Translations under genes and position numbers: made by a program | The notes under the pieces: model-generated | Seen by the model: only the letters and a program-made list of their open reading frames with translations | Databases searched by the model: none | What the model was told of the DNA's origin: nothing | In this document: positions 8,785 through 18,666 of the stretch, piece after piece | Layout of the letters: every line of letters starts with the position of its first letter | Numbering within the stretch: position 1 is the first letter of the stretch | Assembly (NCBI GenBank): GCA_900128585.1 | Contig: LT642147.1 | Span: 58,654 to 78,653, forward strand | Source: Stramenopiles sp. TOSAG23-3 | Lineage: Eukaryota | Direction of reading: 5' to 3' | Length of the DNA stretch: 20,000 nt

Positions 8785-11700
8785 ACCACCATAATTGTGC
8801 AAGTTGTGATTTCTAAACTTCCTCCCAATGACCCGCTTTAGGATGACAATGTACGGTGGCGAAGCGAGGCTCCGCATCAGATGGTTTGTAAAGTTTGATA
8901 TTGTGTCGTAATCTACTCTGGGCGATCTCATTGCGTTCAGAAAAGCATCCCTCGCGTTCCCATTGCCTTCGGTATAGTTTTCGGCCAAGATGCTGTCTTC
9001 TAACTCTATCAACTGGGAAGCAATCAGCACGGGAACGTCTAGCTTGGAGAACCTCTCCTCCCACCCACCCTTCTTGGGCGACTCGCCGCTTTCGTCCTCG
9101 CGTCTCGTGGCCGACTCCAAGCTATCATACAACGTCAGGCGCATTTCTAGGTTCAGGAGCTTTTGGAGAGTGAAGCTGAGCCCGGACCTCTCTTTGAACT
9201 CCCTTCGCTCGTCTTCTGCCCATTTTCGTAGCATCCACCCTGTGGCACCAGAAATGCCCAGAACGACAGTCGTCAGTGCAATGATAGCGCCAAAGTTCAG
9301 CACGCCAAGCTTGAGTCCCGAACAAATCAAGAGCGACAAGAGGGACGTGCCGGTCCAGATTGGCGGTATCCATGGCACGCTTGAAAATCGAGTCTTGAAC
9401 ACGCACCTGTAGGTAGCGCAGAGAAGGAACATGCTAGACAGTAAAGCAAACGTCGCGTAGGAAATAAGCTCTTCCCACTCTGTTTTTCTCCAGAATACGA
9501 CCATGAACGCAACAAACGTCCCAATGGTTTTTGAAACAATGTTGAAAATCTCCGAGTACTGGACATCATGCCCCGAGTCAACAAGTTCAATTACATGCCC
9601 AGTGCCTTCCTTTCGCACCCTGCTGCGTGTTGCTTCTGCCAAGTTGGTGAAGAGAAAATACATTAGCGCGGCGCTGGTAATGGACACGAGCACGGGAGTG
9701 GCTGACGCCGGGGCATCGCAGCAGTAGGCGCTGGTACCACTAGAGTTTGTGGTTCCACTGGAGTTTGTAATATTTGAAATTGTTGGGGTTATGTTTCCAG
9801 CATGAGTACGCCCAAAGTTGCGCGACCACATGGCCAGAACCCTGAATAAGTTGATGCAGATTGGCAAGTAAGCAAACTCTGCAATCCACGAGCCAGCATT
9901 TTGGTAAAAGATTGACTTATATACGCTTGACCTGTCCTCTTTGCGTCTCACGGCAAGTGGCACAGTCACAACATAAACCCAGACCAAGACCAGGGACAAG
10001 GCCCCGATGGCCTGCCCTGACATTTGACCGGTCTCCACGTTGTAAGCATCACGCGCTACACCGTCCCCATCAATAGCACAGAGCAATGCAACATTTACCA
10101 AGTCGGGCGGAAGCACATTCTCGTCCAGGGTTAACGAGAAGAGGCATATTATTTGAAGAGGAAAATACCACAAATGGCAAAGACTGAACAGGTTGGAAAC
10201 CGTCGGCCGGACAATCGGGCTCACCCACGACGTTTTCGACAGCTGCTGCCGCTCCTTGGTTTTACAGTGAACGATCAGGTTCAGCCCCAATATGGCAATC
10301 ACGCCGGAGCAGGACACGTAGATCATCGACCACTTGGTTGCGTCGTCCAGCGAGGCGCCTCCCAACTGCACTGCTAGAATTGGAGTAAGTAAGCATGTTA
10401 GCCACATAGCGCCACTCAGCACAAACCTAACCCCGGGGCCAACGGCAGTTTTGCACGTACTGTGGAGCAGGGTCGCAAACGAGGCAGCAGGGACTAAGAC
10501 CGCAAACAGTACAACCCGCACGGCCACGACGTACGACTCCCACAGGAACATCAGCGTAAATAGTTTGTAGATTTCCTTGAACGCGTTTGCAAGGTGGCCT
10601 TTGGCCACTAATTTGGCATTTTGTAATGAACTTAGCTTCGGCAAGTCCGAGAGCATTTGGGGGAACTTCACGACTGTCGCTGCCACTAGCACGAAGTACA
10701 GCAAAAACGCAATACCGTCCGCAACGTCGTTAGCAAATATGGTCAATTGTTCCCTCAAGACTGCCCTTAAGCGCTGTGCACTCAGTCCACCGTTGGTAGC
10801 GAAGAGCCGCAAGCGACCAGTAAGTTGGGGCAGCCGATACACTGTGACGATGCAGCAGCAACACAGAAGTATCGTAATCAAGTCCAAGCAACCGTCTTGA
10901 AAGGTTTCTAAGCAAATTTTACGGATGAGCTTTGCCGACTTGCGGTGAATGCCCCATTTGCTCTTCTTGGTTGATTCTCGTCTCGCGTTGGCCTCAATTA
11001 CATGGTAAGCGGTCTCGCAAGCCTTAAACTGTTCGTCGAAAGTGGCATTGCTCTGTTTTCTCTCCTCCTGCGCCATTTCGAGCAGTGTTGCAAGCGTGTA
11101 CGACTTGTGTTCTTTGACCTTGGCCAAATTACGGCCTGGCGTGCAATGATCATCGTAAGAACCGTTTATGATGTTGGCACGGACGGCAGGGCCCGCGATC
11201 AATCGATGAAGCACTGGCGTTAAGCTCGCCACAGGCGGGCGCATTATGTTGTCTACATCGTAATTCCGTAGGATGTTGTGTAATTTTTTAACCTCCGCCT
11301 GTACATTTATGAAGTAGCGACTTGCTGTCGCCCGTTTGGCCGACTTGGTGCCCCCGCTCCAGTGATTCTGCGGGTACAACTGCTTCGCCGCCCAATTTAA
11401 AAAGCGATCATTGCTCTCCAAGAAAATTTTCAAACTAAGCTTCACATCGTACAGTTTCGAAATCACCATGTACGCCTTTTTTTCGGCGTGCTGACACTCC
11501 GGGGCATGTAAGCTATAGATGCCTTTCAAAAAACGGTACGGGTTCAGCAGCGCCAAGATCAGCAAAAGAAAGTAAAATGTGTCTGTCAGTATGTTTGCAC
11601 AAGCAAGTAGCGTGATTTTCCACAGAGAATCGCGAAAGCCGGGGCCTTCGTCGCGGAAGCCAGCCTCCTTCAAAAGCCCACTGTTTGGGTTGATGATATC

Positions 11701-14700
11701 ACCCTCGATGCAGATTACCGAGCCATTTTCCGATGCTTCCACCAGTTTCGATAACGGCACCTTGACAAAAAATATGTTGACCTTTCCACTGCTCGATTTC
11801 CCTTCTACCTGAATCAAAATGCTGTCTTCTGCCACGTCCAGTTGGTTGGTTTGCATGAGCTTGTGTAAGCCGTTTCGCACCGACGAACGTTTTACCGTCT
11901 TCTGCAACTGGCATTTAAACGCAACCTTTCCAGTTGGATTGTTTTCAGACGTTTCAAAAGACCCGTCTATAATCTCTGTTGCAATTCGGAACGGTTGCAG
12001 CCCTTTGGCTAACGAAACGACAATATTGCCGAATTTGCTTGATACTGCTTTCCAAAATTTGTTATTTCCAATTACCCTCAAATAATTGACACGGATTTGA
12101 GAACGCTGCACATCCTGGTGCCTGGACCGCTCGCCATGTATAACAAAACTGATGCTGCCCTTTTCCGGGATATGTATTTCCAGTCGAGTCGGTGCGATCA
12201 CAGGGTTGGCTGATAATGGCTGGCTGCCACTTGCAATGCATTGAAGGCAAAACGAAGGAAGCCGGTACAACGTTGCAATAATGGGGACCAGAAATGGTGT
12301 AATGCATATGTCTCTAATCAACATTGCGAATTGCACCCAGCAGGCCGTTCTTCGACTGCCTAAGGTAGCCCCGTCTTTTGTCAACGCGTCATACAATATG
12401 TCGGCGCGGTAAACTGTGGCAAACACTATGCCCCCAAGCACGAAAAAGAACAAATCTGTCATCAGAAAACATGTGGACACAAAAATAGAGACATGGAACT
12501 GCCGACCCCTTCTATTGCCCCACCGCACTCTTGTAACCAGCAAAATCAACGTCAAGGGCAAGAACAAAAGATCTAGCGCCAGCAATGCCAGCGCCTTAGC
12601 TGCGGCAAAGAAACGCTGGCCAGAAAAAATGATCAATTCAACACTTGCGGGGCAATGATCCTTTGGCAAGCTGTCCTCTGCGGCGGCTAATGTAATTTCG
12701 TCCACTGTCCCAACCGCTGGATCATTGACGGGCGAGGGATCCATATCAATTACCCTTAGGGCCGGGCCTACTTCACTTGCAGCACAACCATACATTTTTC
12801 GGAAAGCGTCTCGGAAGGTGTTTTGCAGACGCTTGCTGCGGTAGCACGAAACAAAAACGACTAGGTAGGCCGGTGCGAACAGAACATCGATCAGCATGCA
12901 ACACATGTGTGCAACGACATGGGCAGCACGCACTAGACTTTCCCGTATGCCATAAAATGTATGCAGCTTAGGACCCAAATACCAACCCACCATTAGTTTT
13001 GCTCTGTAAGTTGTCACAGTCAACACCAACACTAGCGGCAGCACGATCATATCTAAGCACAGCAGAACGGTTTGCTCGAGCACAATCAGGTAGCGTTCCA
13101 CGCTGCCATTCCACGACAAGTCCGTGTCCCGAAAACCCTGCTCCATTGGCACCGATCGAACACCAGACAGTACCAAGACGATTTCCAGCGGCAGTACCGC
13201 TACGTCGAGCACAAGCATCAACGTATTTCCCAAAATAAACTTGTACCGTTGAAGGGAGCCTCGCCACTTCAGTTGTTCCAGAAGACTCCCAGAGTCCTTC
13301 AACATTTTTCTGAAACGGAAAACCCTGTAAATTGTCAGGAGCACTGGTAGAAGAAGTACCCACGATACAAATTCGAATGCTAACAAAATCAAGTGTATCA
13401 AAACAGCGCGCTTCGCTTCCCACTGAAACCCTGCTTTCATCTTTTCCCGCACTGGCGGCCAGTGCACACGCGTGAGAAATAGTACAATGGTTGGGGGAAT
13501 AAAGATGGCGTCGAGAATCGTAAGAATGCCCTGCGATACTGCATGCAATCGAATTTCTCTGCTGTAGTACGCGTCGTACTGGTACCGATGTTCGTGGATG
13601 TCTGGGTCGTAACGCGGAGAAGACTTTGGCAGGGATTCGCCCTGGTCTTCCTGTGCTTGGCTATACTTTTTTCGCGTCAGCGCGCGGTATTTTTTTACGC
13701 CTTTCAGAAAAACTTGGGTCCTAATCCCGCCAAGAGTCGCTACCACTGCAAATGGGCATACCAACATGTCTAACAACGTGTAGAAGAAAAAACAGATACA
13801 ATGTTTACGAGCCCTCCAATGGTACCGTATATCAGGGTTGTCATAGGGCGCTGATCTCGCTTTGTTCACTAAGTTCACAAGGGTGCAGCTATGGTGCAGG
13901 GGCAAGGCAAAGACGAAGCACGGAATTGCTACCAAGTCTAGAAGGGTCCCCCCAAAGTGAACCATCACGGCAGTTCGCAGCGTCGAACGTAGCCTTTGCA
14001 TCTCGTTCGACACATACGCTGTGCCCTGTGCTAAGTCGTCATTCCTATGAATCCGGTCTGTTCCAGGAGTGAACGCGCCAACGCTATGCATTCGCAGTAG
14101 CAAGGCGCCAATATCTTGGAGCACCGTAATAATTCTATGCGGGAGGCAAAGTGCGACCAGAAATCCCGGCAGCAACAGTATGTCTTTTAGCCCGAGTGCG
14201 GCGTACGTCGAACACAGGCAAAAAAAGTGCACACTTCTTAAATATTGGAATCTGCGGTTGGCTCTTAGTATTCTTTCATCGATGTGGTTACCCGCGACAT
14301 CTTCTTCTGCGTAGTAGCTTGCAGGAAATGAAAAGATATTGCGGAATTCGAGGAAAAATAGGGCAAATTGCCACGGACTGAATGACAAGGCAAGGGCGCA
14401 CGTTACAATAGACACAGTGTCTATGCAAGCGAACACGCCGTACGTTGCCGCGGTATATCGCAGCTCGTCGGAGTATTTGCATGCCTTCGGGCCCATTGAC
14501 CGTAAGTGCTGCGAGTTCCAAACCAGCAGAAGCTCCTTGGAGCACGTAACCATTGTCGTTGGGAATAGAAGACCAAGCAGCATAAGAGGTGCAAGTATTG
14601 CATCCAGAAAAGAAAGCCACAAGCATCTCAGACCTACCAGTGCGGCGGAGTGCCGCCTTCCCGCCTCTTTGGCGAGCAGCTGCGTGGCCCAAGCAAGCGG

Positions 14701-15009
14701 GGCCATGACTGTCCGCGTGGGCATTGCCATGCTCAAAATCATTGCTAACAACCCTATCAAATCACGCACAATTTTCAGCACTTCCAATATTGCCAACCAC
14801 GAATAGCGAATGACGAGTTTCACTGCCAGCTGCAGCGTGTGAAGAAACTCGCCGAAAGCGTCCCCGTGCGCAGCACCTCCCCCCCTCGCGTCTTGCCTTG
14901 TCGCCATTGCCGGCCCAAGCGGTTTCTTCTGTCCACGCGTGGCGCCTTTGGGTAAGAAAGGCTCAGATCGGCATTTATGAAACGATGACGATCGCTTGGA
15001 GTTATACAT
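8617..15009 (-). CDS. Large (~2100 aa) uncharacterised polytopic membrane protein with tandem D-x15-R hydrophobic helix repeats
   Basis: 6.4-kb stop-free ORF with many hydrophobic segments. First in-frame ATG at 15009; alternative ATG at 14907 (gcaATGG context). No catalytic or transporter signature recognised. Confidence 0.9.
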   Translation of the reverse strand: MYNSKRSSSFHKCRSEPFLPKGATRGQKKPLGPAMATRQDARGGGAAHGDAFGEFLHTLQLAVKLVIRYSWLAILEVLKIVRDLIGLLAMILSMAMPTRTVMAPLAWATQLLAKEAGRRHSAALVGLRCLWLSFLDAILAPLMLLGLLFPTTMVTCSKELLLVWNSQHLRSMGPKACKYSDELRYTAATYGVFACIDTVSIVTCALALSFSPWQFALFFLEFRNIFSFPASYYAEEDVAGNHIDERILRANRRFQYLRSVHFFCLCSTYAALGLKDILLLPGFLVALCLPHRIITVLQDIGALLLRMHSVGAFTPGTDRIHRNDDLAQGTAYVSNEMQRLRSTLRTAVMVHFGGTLLDLVAIPCFVFALPLHHSCTLVNLVNKARSAPYDNPDIRYHWRARKHCICFFFYTLLDMLVCPFAVVATLGGIRTQVFLKGVKKYRALTRKKYSQAQEDQGESLPKSSPRYDPDIHEHRYQYDAYYSREIRLHAVSQGILTILDAIFIPPTIVLFLTRVHWPPVREKMKAGFQWEAKRAVLIHLILLAFEFVSWVLLLPVLLTIYRVFRFRKMLKDSGSLLEQLKWRGSLQRYKFILGNTLMLVLDVAVLPLEIVLVLSGVRSVPMEQGFRDTDLSWNGSVERYLIVLEQTVLLCLDMIVLPLVLVLTVTTYRAKLMVGWYLGPKLHTFYGIRESLVRAAHVVAHMCCMLIDVLFAPAYLVVFVSCYRSKRLQNTFRDAFRKMYGCAASEVGPALRVIDMDPSPVNDPAVGTVDEITLAAAEDSLPKDHCPASVELIIFSGQRFFAAAKALALLALDLLFLPLTLILLVTRVRWGNRRGRQFHVSIFVSTCFLMTDLFFFVLGGIVFATVYRADILYDALTKDGATLGSRRTACWVQFAMLIRDICITPFLVPIIATLYRLPSFCLQCIASGSQPLSANPVIAPTRLEIHIPEKGSISFVIHGERSRHQDVQRSQIRVNYLRVIGNNKFWKAVSSKFGNIVVSLAKGLQPFRIATEIIDGSFETSENNPTGKVAFKCQLQKTVKRSSVRNGLHKLMQTNQLDVAEDSILIQVEGKSSSGKVNIFFVKVPLSKLVEASENGSVICIEGDIINPNSGLLKEAGFRDEGPGFRDSLWKITLLACANILTDTFYFLLLILALLNPYRFLKGIYSLHAPECQHAEKKAYMVISKLYDVKLSLKIFLESNDRFLNWAAKQLYPQNHWSGGTKSAKRATASRYFINVQAEVKKLHNILRNYDVDNIMRPPVASLTPVLHRLIAGPAVRANIINGSYDDHCTPGRNLAKVKEHKSYTLATLLEMAQEERKQSNATFDEQFKACETAYHVIEANARRESTKKSKWGIHRKSAKLIRKICLETFQDGCLDLITILLCCCCIVTVYRLPQLTGRLRLFATNGGLSAQRLRAVLREQLTIFANDVADGIAFLLYFVLVAATVVKFPQMLSDLPKLSSLQNAKLVAKGHLANAFKEIYKLFTLMFLWESYVVAVRVVLFAVLVPAASFATLLHSTCKTAVGPGVRFVLSGAMWLTCLLTPILAVQLGGASLDDATKWSMIYVSCSGVIAILGLNLIVHCKTKERQQLSKTSWVSPIVRPTVSNLFSLCHLWYFPLQIICLFSLTLDENVLPPDLVNVALLCAIDGDGVARDAYNVETGQMSGQAIGALSLVLVWVYVVTVPLAVRRKEDRSSVYKSIFYQNAGSWIAEFAYLPICINLFRVLAMWSRNFGRTHAGNITPTISNITNSSGTTNSSGTSAYCCDAPASATPVLVSITSAALMYFLFTNLAEATRSRVRKEGTGHVIELVDSGHDVQYSEIFNIVSKTIGTFVAFMVVFWRKTEWEELISYATFALLSSMFLLCATYRCVFKTRFSSVPWIPPIWTGTSLLSLLICSGLKLGVLNFGAIIALTTVVLGISGATGWMLRKWAEDERREFKERSGLSFTLQKLLNLEMRLTLYDSLESATRREDESGESPKKGGWEERFSKLDVPVLIASQLIELEDSILAENYTEGNGNARDAFLNAMRSPRVDYDTISNFTNHLMRSLASPPYIVILKRVIGRKFRNHNLHNYGGGILWYILGYLYGDEHTIEINRSIFEDYMSSTADSSLQQYSLCKRKADRFKFVGEI

Positions 15010-15586
15010 ACCGAAAAACAACAATTTTTTTATTATCCACACTTTTAAATGGATGTAAAATAAATTTAAATCATCAATTTTTTTTCAACAAGAAGAAGGG
15101 AAAAAAATCATCTCATCATCCTCAAAAACAACAACACAACAACGACACAAACACAACTCAAAAAATGAAGAAGAATGATGAAAAATTTACTTATTAACAT
15201 ATTATATTATATCAAAATAGCAGGTAAACAGAAAAAACTTTATTGGATAAATAGTAAATAGAAGAGAAGATCTTTTTTTCTATAATATTTTTCTCACCAA
15301 GATAGAAGAATATTCGAAGAAGCTAGATATAGAATTTAATGCTGTGTCTATGTATAAACTAAGTAGAGTCATATTTTTATCCATCAATTGATCACATCGT
15401 ATGTTTGATAGGAAAAGGATACATTAATATATAATTAATTGTATACTAAAGAGACCTGTACCGTGGTGGTGGTGCTTGAGATAAAAAAGCAAAACAAAAA
15501 TGAACAAAAAAAAAGAAGAAGAAAAGAAAGAAGGCATTTTAATGACATTCAACAATGCTGTGGATATGTTATTTTTTAGTGCGTGA

Positions 15587-15630
15587 GAAGAAAGAAGAAG
15601 AAGAAGAAGAAGAAGAAGAAGAAGAAGAAG
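15587..15630. repeat. (GAA)n microsatellite
   Basis: Directly visible. Confidence 0.95.
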
Positions 15631-16032
15631 AGAGAACGGATCGATGATGTGATGATGATACGGATGGGTGAAAATAATAAATGTGAAAATTAATTTAAAA
15701 AAACATCATCATATCATGGATAACGACACTGACAAACACCACACGCACACGCACGACGACGACGACGACGACGACGGAAGAACAACAACCAAAACAACGA
15801 ACAATCAAAAAAAACAACACAGACAACTCTTTATACTACTATACTTTTTTGTACGAGGTTAATAACATCCTCTTATGTGAGTTTACAAAAAAACAATTGG
15901 TTTAGAAGTCATTAACAAAATAAGCACACTCAAGTTGTCAACACATACTTACGAAAAACCAACAAACTTTTTGTATACACAAACTTATATTTAAACGCAG
16001 CGAAACAAACAGACCTTCGGAAATATAACAAA

Positions 16033-17475
16033 ATGGGCTTGGAGTTCCGAGGATCCCGATACCACAAGCGAGTCAGAATTGGCAAGCGCACGGTTAAGGA
16101 AGGTGAGTGCGCCATGGTGTGGGACGTGTGGGGGAGGTGCAGAGTACACCAAGGCCCAAAACTAGTGCGTCTACTCTTCTCCGATGTACGCTTTTGCTCG
16201 CAGTACAAAGCAAACGAGAAGCAATATTTGGTGATCAGTTACCGTAATGGGAAGACGGAGCACGTTCGGGGCCCTGTGTCTTTGTTTGAAAACTTTCTGG
16301 AGCACGAAAAAATAAAGGTGAAAGATGCCATCAACGTCAAGAATGACGAGTGCATTATTGTTTACACTGCCGGAAAGAATCGCGTGCGAGCCGACGTTGT
16401 CGCGGAGGAAAACGCCGACCTCCGAAAGAAGCCAATCCCCGGCAACAAACAGTACGAGAAGGAGGTGGGGTCGTTCTCTTCCGGGCGAAACGTCGTCTTT
16501 GGCCCGACCATCTTCTTTCCTGCGGTTAACCAGTTTATCGAACCGGACTGCAAGGCGCGCGCTCCCCTGTCCATGCGATACTCCGAATTCACACACTCAT
16601 GCAGTACAAAAGACAACTTCAACGTCTCTGTTATCGTATCGGTGCGCTGGAAAACCAAAAAGGAGGAGGTAGAGACGTTCTTGGATGCAAGCCTAAACCC
16701 GAATGCCGACCTTTCGAAAGCCCTGAAGCTGGATTTGGAACGCTTCACGTCGCAGAGGCCGCACAACACGGTGTGGCAAGAACGCACAAAGATCTGCGAA
16801 TCGATCAAGTCGTTCCGAAATCTTCTGGACGAAGCCGATTCTATGGGAGTTAAGATCATCAGCGTTCAGATGGAAAAATTTTCTCCCTCACACAACGTCG
16901 TTGCGAAAGAGAACAATCAAAGCAAGAAGCTGGAGAAGGAAAGGGAGATGAAGCGAGACGCGGAAGCCCAGAATTTCCTAAACGAGCAAGGGCGACTTCG
17001 AAAAAAAATGCAAGCGGAAGAAAGCGAACGAATCGAGGACATGAAGCTGAACATGCGCATTGCCAGGGCTAAGAAGAAAGCGGAAAGCGAGATGAATGAA
17101 TTAAAGCATCGACAAGCGCTGTTGGATCTCGAAGCGTGCTCTAAACTGGAAAGGCAAAAACGAGAGCATCAACAAAAGGCGGAGCTTCACCGGCAGCTGG
17201 CAAGCGCCAAAAGCGAAGGGATGAGGGTCCGTTGCGGAATTCTTCATGAAAACGGTGTTGATCTAACCAAGTACCTGATTGCAACGGCAATGGGAAAAGG
17301 CTCGATGCGCCAGAAACAGTTTCGCCCACAGGGAAATATAAAACACTTGAAACAGCTTCGCAGGGAGGAGTCCAAAGAATGCGCTGCTGAAAAGAGCGAC
17401 GATATTGGGGATTGCTGGTTGCTGAACACCAATGCCGATTGGGAGCAAGGCGGGCACTGGGTATTGGACAACTGA
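16033..17475 (+). CDS. Major-vault-protein-like / SPFH (band 7) domain protein: three GP-containing beta repeats, shoulder-like domain, long coiled coil
   Basis: Intact 480-aa ORF. Three repeats end in HQGPKLV, VRGPVSL and VFGPTIFFP. An SPFH-like segment runs from STKDNFNVSVIVSVRW to MGVKIISVQMEKF, followed by an E/K/Q/R-rich helix ending LHENGVDLTKYLIA. Confidence 0.75.
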   Translation: MGLEFRGSRYHKRVRIGKRTVKEGECAMVWDVWGRCRVHQGPKLVRLLFSDVRFCSQYKANEKQYLVISYRNGKTEHVRGPVSLFENFLEHEKIKVKDAINVKNDECIIVYTAGKNRVRADVVAEENADLRKKPIPGNKQYEKEVGSFSSGRNVVFGPTIFFPAVNQFIEPDCKARAPLSMRYSEFTHSCSTKDNFNVSVIVSVRWKTKKEEVETFLDASLNPNADLSKALKLDLERFTSQRPHNTVWQERTKICESIKSFRNLLDEADSMGVKIISVQMEKFSPSHNVVAKENNQSKKLEKEREMKRDAEAQNFLNEQGRLRKKMQAEESERIEDMKLNMRIARAKKKAESEMNELKHRQALLDLEACSKLERQKREHQQKAELHRQLASAKSEGMRVRCGILHENGVDLTKYLIATAMGKGSMRQKQFRPQGNIKHLKQLRREESKECAAEKSDDIGDCWLLNTNADWEQGGHWVLDN

Positions 17476-17670
17476 GAGGGAATTACCTCTCTCCCAGCTC
17501 CCAGCCAGCATGCGGGCAATAATTCGGCAACCGCAACTGTACATAAAATAATAAGAATTAACACACCATTTCTAATGTCAAACAATCACTCAAACAGATA
17601 TATTTAACATCACTATCTGCGCGAATCTCCTATCTACACAATTTCAATGCCCGGAATCTCTGCGCGGTGC

Positions 17671-18666
17671 TCAATACTCGACTTGAGCCAAAGCAAGGCC
17701 GCGTGCCGGCGCCGTGTACGGAGATTTATCTCTGCACTTGGACCGTATTACCTCCTCCACTTCATGTGCGCATTCTTGGCGCTGGCCGACTGCCACAAGG
17801 TAGCCAACTAAATTGCGTACCTGGTGGTACAAAAACGATGGTGCCCTTGCTTTGATCAAAATTTCCTGCACTTCTGTGTGCGCAGGGACTATCTCCGGGA
17901 CAATATCTGCATCAAGCGGGGCCCCGGGCTCAACGGACCCACCTTGAAAATTGCTCAAGTCCGTTCGGGGTGACCCCAATAGCCTGTATTCTTCAAACGC
18001 GTGCGCCAAACTTCCCATGGATTGACTGCCGGACGGTACACGCCGTGCGTGAACGCTCAACTCCGCTAAATGTTTTTCAGGGCTGTGGGCTTGGCACCCC
18101 GCGCTTCTGAACGTACTGAAATCGTGGTGCCCCTCTAACTTTTTCGCAGCATACCTCATGGCCTCTACGTCCAGAGCCTCCCCTGGGCGTCGGAATACCC
18201 AGGCTGTCTCGGAGTCGAACAAACTACGCCCGTAGTTCCCCGTCAACGGCACGATGACTCGGTAAATGTACGAGCGTCCAGTACAGCTGAACCGGGCGTG
18301 AAAATCGGTGCTCACCTTTTGGCAATCGATCACGGTAAGGTGGGGTGAATCAATGTAAAAGTTCAACGCCTTCATAACCGTCTGGCTCGAGTGCGGCGGC
18401 AGTACCAGTTCCGTATTTTGTTGTCGGCAGTGGCGCAGTTCCACGTGAAGTGTGTTCCCGAACGCGTGGACACCCGTATCCGTTCGGCTCGAACCATATG
18501 CCTCTCTAACATTCGATGCACCTACAAAGTTATCGTATGCCTGATGGATCAAACTTTCCACGCTCGCTCCGTAACTCTTTGGCTGGCGCTGGAAACCAAC
18601 AAAGTGTTTGCCATGATACGCAACGCACAGAAAGTAACGTTGCCATGCACTGGTTGGTGGTGGCAT
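17671..18666 (-). CDS. truA: tRNA pseudouridine synthase, TruA family (PUSL1-like)
   Basis: RYFLCVAYHGKHFVGFQRQ, catalytic GSSRTDTGVHA, FHARFSC..RSYIYR, GHHDFSTF, SFLYHQVRNLVG and TAPARGL. First in-frame ATG is 18666 (the ORF track's 18696 is TTG). Confidence 0.94.
   Translation of the reverse strand: MPPPTSAWQRYFLCVAYHGKHFVGFQRQPKSYGASVESLIHQAYDNFVGASNVREAYGSSRTDTGVHAFGNTLHVELRHCRQQNTELVLPPHSSQTVMKALNFYIDSPHLTVIDCQKVSTDFHARFSCTGRSYIYRVIVPLTGNYGRSLFDSETAWVFRRPGEALDVEAMRYAAKKLEGHHDFSTFRSAGCQAHSPEKHLAELSVHARRVPSGSQSMGSLAHAFEEYRLLGSPRTDLSNFQGGSVEPGAPLDADIVPEIVPAHTEVQEILIKARAPSFLYHQVRNLVGYLVAVGQRQECAHEVEEVIRSKCRDKSPYTAPARGLALAQVEY

Noticed and set aside
8325-8828. 167-aa minus-strand ORF with an internal repeat
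   Set aside because: It is an alternative frame over the large gene's 3' end and its duplication, and it starts at a non-ATG codon.
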